Assembly: GCA_051362555.1 (NCBI GenBank)
Contig: CM120642.1
Coordinates: 20,398,001 to 20,462,000, forward strand
Length of the DNA: 64,000 bases
Direction of reading: 5' to 3'
From: Lingula anatina
Lineage: Eukaryota; Animalia; Brachiopoda
The notes below the pieces were generated by a model, which saw only the letters and a program-made list of their open reading frames with translations, searched no databases and was not told the origin of the DNA. Positions 13,917-26,600 of this stretch are shown here, piece after piece (the first letter of the stretch is position 1; each line of letters starts with the position of its first letter). A program made the position numbers and the translations under genes.

Positions 13917-16900
13917 GTACATTGCGTTTAGTTGTCACAGAGACAATATAAGAGCGCATTCAGAACAGCAGACTAACAGATCCGTGGATGAAATATGGCC
14001 AACTCATTTAATGCTTGTTGCATATTCCAGGTGGGGAATCAATTCGGTGTCTAATAGGTAATTGGATGGCAAGCTTTGAGTGGGTCACCATATTTGTTCC
14101 ATGGATCTGTTAGTCCCCTGTTCTGAATGGGCTCTAAAAGTATATAGGTCAGTGAGATGCCATTCTGACAATGCACTGACCTAGTTGTTTTTTGCTAGTT
14201 GTTAATGTTTTATCCTTTCTTGAACAAACCATTTTTATGACGGTGTCCAGAGTGATGCACGTTTCATTTGTAAAAAAATATGATTCCTAGACATGAGGGA
14301 AGAAGCTTATAAAATTAAAGGGACAATAACTCTTTGTTTTGGCCAAAATATGAATATTCCTGGAGTAAACAACAATTTTCCCATACTTACCAATGGTTAA
14401 TGAAACCATTTTTACATTCGAAGTTAGTCCATGTTTTTTTTTTTTTTTTGTTTTTTTTTTTTTTTTGTTATAACCTCTTAAGAGATTATATCAGAGTATA
14501 GCCATCAATGAAGGTCACGTGGTCTAAAGACAAGCTTAGATATCAGAATAATAGCTATAACTGGGCCAGAATTTTATTTAAGGTTTTAGTTTTTACACAT
14601 GCTGCTTTTTCTAACCTAGCTCCACCATATATAATTGTTCTGGTCAAACATTTTGGTCCTCAAAGGTCCCTGAAAGTTCCCAAATCGAAGTTAAAAACAT
14701 ATGGTGACATATCATTTTGTGTAGAATTTTTTGTGCACCAGTAGAATGGAATAATTAAGTTACCAATTTTTATTAGACAATAGAATCACAAGAATCTTTT
14801 AAAAAGGAATTGAAAATTCACATTTTAATACATTTTATTCATGAATTTTTAAATTTTACATGAAAGAAAACTTGGATTTTTTACTTTAAATTACTGTCTA
14901 TTACAATTTAGTCTAGCTCTGATTTATATAATATATATCTTAATCATTTTAATCTATAAACCTGTTTGTATTTTATGTTGTACAGTCTATTGAACATTTT
15001 ATGGATTTTAGACTCGAAATAAATAAATATATTATTATTATTATTATTATTATTAACTGCCATTTTGGTGGTAAAACAGAATGTATTATATTTCTGTGAG
15101 TTGTTCAGAATGTTTTTATTGTGAAATATAGATCTCATACAGAGAGTTATTATCTCTTTAATATTTCTGCCACTTTATAAGTCATAAGGATATTGAAATA
15201 TTATTATAATTTCACTGTATATAAATTTAAATAATTACCAATGTCATTGACAGTTTTGAAGCATATTCAGTGCATTATTATTGGCAATTGTATAATTTCA
15301 GTTGGTTTGATGAGGATATTGCGACTAAGACATTGAGTGACTTCATTGTTCCTCTCAAAGATTCAAAGGCAAGTTGTTCCACAGCATATGGTGTTGCAGT
15401 AATTTATTCCCCTGATGAAAATGTATAAAGTTTTGTTTGTTTGTTTGTTTTTTATTTCTAAAAAGTTCATTGTTGACTCAGAAGTGCATGCACCAGGGAA
15501 AACATGATGTATTCCATCACCAGCTTGCAATTGAAAAAATTTTGATTACATTTCTAAATCTATCTCGAAAATAAAGTAATGGAGTCATACCCTGTAATAT
15601 TATACTTGCCATGATGAAAATTGAAGTTTGTTATTTCTTTGTGTTTTATTTTGCAGCTTCTCTTGGCAATGGTGTCCAAAGAGTATGCAGAAGATGAGAA
15701 ATGTTTGGAGCTCTTTCAGTATGCCAGCCAGAAGCTGAAGAAACCATATGTCATAGTCACCATTACCAAAAGTTTTGATTGGACAAAAAGTGCACTTGGC
15801 ATGAATATTGGACTCCAAGAAGTAAGAGTAATTAATAATAATAATAATAAAAATAATAATAATGATAGTAATTTAATGATGAAATAATCATTGTAACCGA
15901 GTGAGTTTCAACAGTACATAAAATGTTAGGGCAATGCAATAATAATTAAATTCTTTATATTTGAATAGAATTAAGCTTAAAGACTGCTACTAGAGCTTTA
16001 AAACTACTGCACATGGAAAAGAATAATGCATTTTCTTATTGGAAACTTAGAAGTGCATGTGGAATAAAGAAGCATGGGAATCTTTCGTGCTTAAATTGTA
16101 TCTATTGAAGATGGTGCATTACATCACTTGCTTGCTGGACCTTAAAAATTACTGTGATTTATATATGATTTGTGAATAAATAATAGGTATTGGGTAGGAG
16201 TAAGATTATATCTATTCGTCTTGGAAAATATTATTTAAAATACAGAAGTTGCTCACCCAGGTATTTTGTATTTGTTAGATCTTTGTTGACTTGTCAAAAA
16301 AGGATGTTTATGATACAAAGCTAGATGAACTGAAGGAGAAGTTGAAGTCAAAACTGGCAGAAGAAGAGAAGGTGAGGAAGATGATTGAAAATTATCAATA
16401 TTTGCGTGATTATGATTTTTGTGTCAAAAAGTATTTTCATGATTTAAAGTAATAGTTCATCATTTTCTGTGACAGAAAGCACGTCCAATGTTCTTTATGT
16501 AGCCATTTTTAAAAATGCCTATTTTATTTGTTGATTTTATTGGATGAAACTGTGGAAGACAATTTTTACCTGCTTTAAAGTGCCAATCCACTCCAACATA
16601 CATGGGTATGGGTAACCTACCAGTACATATAGGGAGTTTACTAAACCTCTCATGATTAGCTGATGGGTATGGTTAGATTATCAGTATATATATATATACC
16701 ATATTTTTTCTATACCTCTATCTCTATTTTATTTTGGGATTGTATTATTTTTGTTAGAAGAAGGTTAGTTTAACTTATTTTAATATACTGGTATTTTCTT
16801 TAAGTTACAGATAGTTAGGTATGCATGAGTGAATTAATCTCTGGTACTTTTTACACTCTTTCTTACCATGGGCAGGTGAGAAATGAGTATTAAAAAAGAA

Positions 16901-19900
16901 ATCAATATTATGATATTACAAACGTGAAGATCAAAATATAATTTTAAGACTGTCACAGGAATCTTTACTGGTTTTTGTAACTGTTATTGTAGAAAGAGCA
17001 AGATGCTGTGGACGTATTCATTAGTTACTGCTGGTCCAATTCTCACGATGCTGTGAAGAAAGGTACCGCCGAAAAGGATGGAGCTCTTGGATGGGAAAAG
17101 GGAGACCCCCGTGAAATTAGAAGCTACCTGGAATCCCAGGGAGTCCGGTGCTGGCTCGATATTGAGCAAGCTGGAAAGGTAAATATAATATAAAATCTTT
17201 ACTTATATGTTGAGATGTTATTTATTTTACCCAAACTTGACTGATATTTCCATAATTATACTATTTTACCCAAATTTGACTTGATAAATTCATGTCATTG
17301 AATAAAAATAAACCACATGACTGTGCTCTTTATAGGAGAATTAATTTTAATTTTATGGTCATGTTGTCACATACTCAACCATACAATTTGATGCCAAGTA
17401 AAATTAAGGTCTCCTTGGTTTATGTATGAAATCAGACAAACCCAGCTGTCACTGTTTATATAGCATGCAAGGACTATATAGATAAATTAAAAGTCAAGGA
17501 AGGCACAAGTAGTTCACTGGATCTTGGTTTATTTCTCTCGGGAATTCACAAGACACATAAAAACTAAAAAGAAGAAAAGAGAAAGAAAATGACAATAATG
17601 CACTCACTGCCGGTTATTAGTACCACCAGCGTGTACGCTGGCGGTACTCATGGTTTTAGTCCCGACCCGTCTCGTACAGCTCCGCTGGCTCCGCCGGCTC
17701 CTGCAGCTCCTGCGGCTCCGCAGGATGACGTGGGATACGAGTCACTGTTACCGCTTCTCCTCCTAGACAGCAAGGACCTGTGTCCTCATCTCTTGGATTT
17801 AGGTCACATATAATCTCAACTTGAACCCCCAGGTTTTTTGTCTCAGTTGGTGCATTGGCCTGGGTGTGACGCTCGTTGAAAACACCCTTATCAAAATTTT
17901 TGAAAATTCAGTGCTAAATATCTCCCAAACTGATGGAATTGTGGGAAAAATTTCTACAGATGGCTGACCAAAAGTCATATATGGAGATTTCAAATATGCC
18001 CTTGGATTTGACCTTTGACCTTTATTTCAAGGTCAAATGGGCCAAAATTAAAAAAAAAAACAATTTTTTACAAAAAAAAATTAATTGCGCTGATATTCAG
18101 AAACTACACAGACCTAACCAATAATATTATTGGAAAGTGTTACCCTTCGGGTCATCTTTCATCTACGTGAATTTGGGGTCAATTGGTGCATTTTGACAGG
18201 AGAAGGGGCAATAAGTTACCGAAACTGAAAACTCTCTAATTCGGGAACTGTTAATGCTAGAGACCCATTCTTTTTTGCATTTTGTAGAGCATGTAAAGCC
18301 CAACACTGAAGGTGGTCTCTGTTTTTTTGTATTCCATATGGTTTTCGAGTTATGCTGTATCAAAAAGTACATTGTGGTGGTGAAGGCAAAATGTGCAGTA
18401 CGGTAATGTATAATAAATTTTGAACCCCGGGTAAATAAAACATAAGGCTTGGCGAGGCAGACAATTTCTGGTAAAAAATGACATTATTTCATGAAATTGG
18501 AACATCTGGAACTTCTGAGCACCTCCCATTTCAAGAATTTCAACCAAAATGACCTTTTCTTTATTTTTATTAATTTTTTTTATTAATTTATGGCACATTA
18601 TTGTACCACCAGCGTTAGCGCTGGTGGTACACATGGTTTCGGTCCCGTCCGGATCGTTCCGCCGGCTCCGCCGGCTCCGCCGGATGGCTACCGTTACCGC
18701 TTCTCCTCCTAGACGGTAAGGGCCCCCGTACCCATCTCATGGATTTAGGTCACCTATAATCTCAACTCGTTCCACGTAAAATTTGGGCTTTGTCGGTATT
18801 GGGGTCTGGGTGTGGCATTCATTACAATGCACCCTTGTCTAAAAATGGCAAAATTAAATGCTAATTATCTACCCTACGGAAGGAGTTATGGGAAAAATTT
18901 CTATAGACGGCTTTCCAAAAGTCATATGTGTAGATTTCAAATATACTTTTGGATTTGACCTTTGACCTTTACTTCAAGGTCAAATGGGTCAAAATTTTCA
19001 AAAAAATGAAATTTTTTACGAAAAAAATTTTTTTGGCCCTGTTATTCAGACACTACACAGACTTAACCAATAATATTATTGAAAAGTGTTACCCTTCAGG
19101 TCATCTTTCATCTCTATGAATTTGGGGTCAATCGGTGCATTTTCACGGGAGTAGCGGCCATAAGATACCGAAACTGAAAACTGTCTCTAATTCGGGAACC
19201 GTTAATGCTAGAGACCCATTCTTTTTATGTACAGACACAGATGTGTCTGTACATATAGCTATCATCTGCGTCTGTCGTCGCCGTCGCCGTCGCCGTCGTC
19301 GCCGTCGCCGTCGCCGTGCACTTTTACCGATAACACGATAAATGGAAAACTGTTTTTTCTTTTGGTATGAAACTTACAGAACTGATGAATATTCATAATA
19401 CGCAGGTCAAGTTCGAAAATCAGCATGATCGGGTCACTTTTAGGGAATTTATGCTGTTTTTTCACTTTTTTCAGCATATATGCAGCACTGATAACACGGT
19501 AAGTGGAAAACCATTTTACCTTTTGACTTGAAACTTACAAAACTGATGAATATTCATAATACGCAGGTCAAGTTCGAAAATCAGCATGATCGGGTCACTT
19601 TTAGGGAATTTATGCTGTTTTTTCACTTTTTTCAGCATATATGCAGCACCGATAACACGATAAGTGAAAAACCATTTTACCTTTTGGCTTGAAAGTTACA
19701 GAACTGATGAATATTCATAATACGCAGGTCAAGTTCGAAAATCAGCATGATCGGGTCATTTTTAGGGAATTTATGCTGTTTTTTCACTTTTTTCAGCATA
19801 TATGCAACCCCGATAACACGATAAGTGGAAAACCATCCTACCTTTTGGCTTGAAACTTACAAAACTGATTAATATTCATAATACACAGGTCAAGTTCGAA

Positions 19901-22900
19901 AATCAGCATGATCGGGTCACTTTTAGGGAATTTATGCTGTTTTTTCACTTTTTTCAGCATATATGCAGCACTGATAACACGATAAGTGGAAAACCATTTT
20001 ACCTTTTGACTTGAAACTTACAAAACTGATGAATATTCATAATACGCAGGTCAAGTTCGAAAATCAGCATGATCGGGTCACTTTTAGGGAATTTATGCTG
20101 TTTTTTCACTTTTTTCAGCATATATGCAGCACCGATAACACGATAAGTGAAAAACCATTTTACCTTTTGGCTTGAAAGTTACAGAACTGATGAATATTCA
20201 TAATACGCAGGTCAAGTTCGAAAATCAGCATGATCGGGTCATTTTTAGGGAATTTATGCTGTTTTTTCACTTTTTTCAGCATATATGCAACCCCGATAAC
20301 ACGATAAGTGGAAAACCATCCTACCTTTTGGCTTGAAACTTACAAAACTGATTAATATTCATAATACACAGGTCAAGTTCGAAAATCAGCATGATTGGGT
20401 CATTTTTAGGGAATTTATGCTGTTTTTTCACTATTTTTCAGCATATATGCAGCACCGATAACACCATAAGTGGAAAACCAATTTACCTTTTGGCTTGAAA
20501 CTTGTAGAACTGATAAATATTCATAATACGCAAGTCAAGTTCGAAAATCAGCATGATTCGATTATTGTTAGGGAATTTATGCTGTTTTTTCACTTTTTTC
20601 AGCATATATGCAGCACTGATAACACAATAAGTGGAAAACTGTTTTTTCATTTGGCTTGAAACTTACAGAACTAATGAATATTCATAATACACAGGGCAAG
20701 TTTGAAAATCAGCAAGATCGGGCAATTTTTATGGAAGTTATCCTGTTTTTTTTTTTTTTTTTTTTTCAATTTTTTCAGCACTTTTATAACACCGATAACA
20801 TGATAAGTGTAAAAATGTTTTTCCTTTCCTTGGATTGAAATTTACAGAACTGGTGAATATTTATTATACGCAGGTCAAGTTTGAAAATTGGCATGATTGG
20901 ACTATTTTTACAAAAGTAATGCTGTTTTTTTTCCCTTTATTCAGCATACATGCAACACTGATAACGCATTTTAAGGAAAACCAATCAGCCTTTTGTCTTG
21001 CAACTCACAGGAGTGATCAATCTGACCAGTATACAGATCAAGTTTGAAAATAAGCTTGATCAGTTAAGTTTTGATGAAGTTATTAGCCTTTTTGTATATA
21101 AGTGGTTTTTCTTCAGATTTAATTCTTAAGCATGTTAACAGTCTCATAACGGTACTAATTGGATATGTTAAAGTGTTGTTTTAACATTTTCTGCTTCTTA
21201 ACAATATTGTTAGTTGATTATATAAAAATGACGGTAAACCTATTATCCTGCATTGTGTAATAAAGTATCAAAAATGGAAAGGAACTCATCATTGCAGTTC
21301 GTCAGATTCAATCATTCAGTTTGTTCAGAATCTCCAAATGGAGCTAATTGGACATTATAAATTGTTCTATTGATATTTTTCCTATGTCAACAATTTTCCT
21401 AGTTGATCATTTAAAAATGACAGTTATGATGGTTTTATGTAAAAAAAGGTGTTGAAAATGGAAAGAAAATCATTTCAGTACAGTTATCTCTTGTTAACAT
21501 TTTGGCATTTTGAAAGTGTGACCCTAACTTCCATGTCCTTGGAGACCTTTCCATATCACATTTTCTGAATATCCATGATACTTTTATTTTTTTATAAAAA
21601 ATTTGATGGTCATTATGCTGTTAAGTATTATGTTATATTGCATGAAAGTTAAAGAAAACCCTATTTTGGACACTGCTGCCAGGATAGCGATTAAGGGAAA
21701 ACCATGTTACTTATGATAATCAACCTTACTGAAAAGAGTGAAGTGCAGCTTGTGTTGGAAAACCATCGTAATTGTTTTCTGTTTTGAAAGCAATGCAGTA
21801 CAGTGCTATTTGGTGCAATAAATGTATATGGATAGTAGGCAGTTAATTCAGGGTTATAAAATAATTTGCTTAATTGATTTTCAAGTTATTTCAGGGTTAT
21901 AAAATAATTTGCTTAATTAATTTTCAAGTGGGTATTAAATGAGATTACATAAACACACATTGAGATTTCATTGTAAAGTCCCATCGGTTTAGCTTTCTTA
22001 ACTGTGTCACATAATTAGGAATCGATGATTATTATGCAGGTAAATGTTATTTAATATGGAAAATAAGTTTACAAAAAAAAATTTGTGTAACGCTTACATT
22101 AATGCTAAAGATGAATAACAGTGCCTTATTATTCTCAAACTCAATAGGGTTATTCATATCATGTTAGTAATTGTACAGCTAGATTAAAAGTTTGAATAGC
22201 AGCTTTATTGGTATTTTTTGTTATGTTTTATTTTACATTTTCTTTTAATTTTTTTATGCTGTTTTTTCACTTTTTTCAACATATATGCAACATTAATAAC
22301 ACAATATAAAAAAACAGCTTAGCCAATTGTCATTATACTCACAGGAGTGGTCAATCTTACAAAAATGCAGGTTGAGTTCGAAAATCAGTGTTATCGGGCC
22401 ATTATTTTAGAAGTTGTACTGTTTTTTCAAATTTCCTCAGATTCAGTTCTTAGGCATGTTAACAGTCTCATTATTGAACTAATAAGATACGTAAAAGTGT
22501 GTGTTTGATATTTCCTGCATCTTTACAACATTGTTAGTTGATTATGTAAAAATGATGGTAAACTTGTTATCATGTATTGTGTAATCAAGTGTCCAAAACG
22601 GAAATAAACTCATATCATTGCAGTTTGTCAGATTCAATCATCCACATCTGCCATGATGACCATGATGGGAAAACCGTGTTCATTATGATTGTCAAACTTT
22701 CAAAAAAGAAACACAGGACTAAAATGCAGCCCAAGTTGGAAAAGCAGTCTAATGGGCTTCTTTTTCTGGAAGTTATTCATTTTAGTGAAATATTCATTAT
22801 CTTTTTGGCATATTCATTGTGGGACTCGGAGCTCCCATGGACATGAAGCCGGATGGTAATCAAATTTTCTACATGTTCATGCTATTTTGGTCAATAATCA

Positions 22901-23583
22901 AAAATTGGTGATAATTATTCTATAATTTATTATGTAATGTTACATCAAAATTGACAATAATCTTTTTGCACTGCTACTGCAAACATTATGAAAAGAAAAT
23001 TGTGTTATTTATTATTATATTTAACTTAAGAGTATGATTTTTAGGATTGGCATGCAGTTCAAATTAGAAAGCCAGGTCAATTGGGTTATCATTTATTATT
23101 GAATTTAATGCAATTTTGTGTGAAATTTCATTTTTCTCATTCTGGCACTTTCTAAGTATAAACTTGAACTCTGATGGGCCTGAAGCCTTATGCTTTTACT
23201 CTCATCGGTGTTACCTGTTGTGCAAAATTAAAATTTGATGTTGACTGTGCAGTTAAACATAATGTATTATTGCATCAGAAGTTGTAGTCTCCTATTTTGT
23301 GCATTATTGTTTTGTGCTCTTCTTAAGTTGTGACTTATGGGCCTGAAAGACCTTTGAGAGGGTCAGTCTATAAATTTCCCTTGGGTATCACTTCGCTAAT
23401 TTCAGTTATAAAGTAATTTGCCTAATTGATAGGCTACATAAAGCACACTTGTGATTTGAGATTACATAAAGCACACTTGTTGATATTTCCCTGTAAACTC
23501 CCATAGGTTAAGCTCTCTGCTAGATTAATAATAAGGAAGCAGTGATAATTATGCAGGTAAATTTTGTTTAATATTGCAAATAA

Positions 23584-23640
<57 letters not shown>

Positions 23641-26600
23641 AACTGAAAGATTAAAAGTTTGAATAGCAGCTTCATTGGAATTATATTTACCTCTGCCAAG
23701 GAGGTTATATTTTCACCCCTGTTTGTCATCAACATAACTCAAAAAGTTATGGACCGATTTTGCTGAAATTTTCAGGAACTGTCAGAAGTGGGCCAAAGAG
23801 GACAAAAATCAATAATAATCAACAATTGCTACCTTGGCAGAGGTCTGCACTCTCGGAGTGCTTTTCTAGTTTTGTTGTTTTCCTTTATAATTTTTTCTCA
23901 AACACTTGCATTTGTGACTTTAAACTCTCATCCGCCTGAGACTCTGACATTTCTGTTTTTCCACATAAGCAGTTGTATTGTTTTTTATGTCTTTAAACAT
24001 TATGTTACTTATGTAATATTATTTTATGCACTGTCATCATTTTTCAAATATTGAGACTTACATCATGTGAATTTGAACTCTCATGGTCCTGAAACTGTAA
24101 TCTTATTGAAAGGGTAGATTGAGACCATCTTCTGGGACTTCCGGAAGACAGTCAGGTTATTAAGTTTATATTGCCTGGTATCTATTTTTTCTTCTGTTGG
24201 AAGACCATCAAAATGGAGGATGGATCAAAATAGATACTTTGGAATACTGTCAGAAAATATCTCTGGGTCCGCTCATGTTATTGACCATTTTACCTGTTGT
24301 GCATGATTAAAATTCAGTGTTGACTGACAGTGCTATTATAAGCATTATTTATTATTGCATCAAAATTGACAAAATGACCTATTTTGCATCTTTATTTTCT
24401 GTTTTTTGTCTGTACATTTGACAGCTTTGCTGCCTTGTTTGCATTTTGTAGAGCATGTAAAGCCCAACACTGAAGGTGGTCTCGGATTTTTTGTATTCCA
24501 TACGGTTTTCGAGTTACGCTGTATCAAAAAGTACATATTGGTGGTAAAAGCAAAATGTGCAGTACGGTAATGGATAATAAATTTTGAACTCTGGAAAAAT
24601 AAAACATAAGGCTTTTTCTTTATTTTAATTAATTTTTTCTGTACGAAATTTAAGGCACATTATGGTAACTCCAAAATTATAACATTTAGTCCCTTATATC
24701 TCCAAAACTGGCAGAGATAGGTCCATAGTTACTATTGAAGTTGAATAGGAAGTCATATACTGGCAATCTTACTGTGACCTTGAAATTGACCTTTGACCTA
24801 CTTTTCACCATGAAGTGAACTTTGCAAATTTTGCTTCCCTTTTATCTCCAAAACTGGCAGAGATAGGTCCATAGTTACTATTGAACTTGAATAGGAAGTC
24901 ATATACTGGCAATCTAAATGTGACCTTGAAATTGACTTTTGACCTACTTTTCACCATGAATTGAACTTTGCAAATTTTGCTTCCCTTTTATCTCCAAAAC
25001 TGGCAGAGATAGGTCCGTAGTTACTATTGAACTTGAATAGAAAGTCATATACTGGCAATCTTACTGTGACCTTAAAATTGACCTTTGACCTACTTTTCAC
25101 CATGAACTGAATTTTGCAAATTTTGCTTTCCTTTTATCTCCAAAACTGGCCGAGATAGGTCCGTAGTTACTATTGAACTTGAATAGAAAGTCATATACTG
25201 GCAATCTTACTGTGACCTTGAAATTGACCTATGACCTACTTTTCACCATAAACTGAACTTTGCAAATTTTGCTTCCCTTTTATCTCCAAAACTGGCAGAG
25301 ATAGGTCCATAGTTACTATTGAACTTGAATAGGAAGTCATATACTGGCAATCTAAATATGACCTTAAAATTGACCTTTGACCTACTTTCACCATGAACTG
25401 GCAATCTAAATGTGACCTTAAAATTGACCTTTGACCTACTTTCACCATGAACTGAACTTTGCAAATTTTGCTTTGCTTTTATCTCCAAAACTGGCCGAGA
25501 TAGGTCCGTAGTTACTATTGAACTTGAATAGAAAGTCATATACTGGCAATCTTACTGTGACCTTGAAATTGACCTATGACCTACTTTTCACCATAAACTG
25601 AACTTTGCAAATTTTGCTTTGCTTTTATCTCCAAAACTGGCCGAGATAGGTCCGTAGTTACTATTGAACTTGAATAGAAAGTCATATACTGGCAATCTAA
25701 ATGTGACCTTAAAATTGACCTTTGACCTACTTTTCACCATAAACTGAACTTTGCAAATTTTGCTTCCCTTTTATCTCCAAAACTGGCAGAGATAGGTCCA
25801 TAGTTACTATTGAACTTGAATAGGAAGTCATATACTGGCAATCTAAATGTGACCTTAAAATTGACCTTTGACCTACTTTTCACCATGAACTGAATTTTGC
25901 AAATTTTGCTTTCCTTTTATCTCCAAAACTGGCTGAGATAGGTCTGTAGTTACTATTGAACTTGAATAGAAAGTCATATACTGGCAATCTTACTGTGACC
26001 TTGAAATTGACCTTTGACCTACTTTTCACCATAAACTGAACTTTGCAAATTTTGCTTCCCTTTTATCTCCAAAACTGGCAGAGATAGGTCCATAGTTACT
26101 ATTGAACTTGAATAGGAAGTCATATACTGGCAATCTAAGTATGACCTTAAAATTGACCTTTGACCTACTTTCACCATGAACTGAACTTTGCAAATTTTGC
26201 TTCCCTTTTATCTCCAAAACTGGCAGAGATAGGTCCATAGTTACTATTGAACTTGAATAGGAAGTCATATACTGGCAATCTAAATATGACCTTAAAATTG
26301 ACCTTTGACCTACTTTCACCATGAACTGAACTTTGCAAATTTTGCTTTGCTTTTATCTCCAAAACTGGCAGAGATAGGTCCGTAGTTACTATTGAACTTG
26401 AATAGAAAGTCATATACTGGCAATCTAAATGTGACCTTAAAATTGACCTTTGACCTACTTTTCACCATGAACTGAATTTTGCAAATTTTGCTTTCCTTTT
26501 ATCTCCAAAACTGGCAGATATAGGTCCGTAGTTACTATTGAACTTGAATAGGAAGTCATATACTGGCAATCTTACTGTGACCTTGAAATTGACCTTTGAC

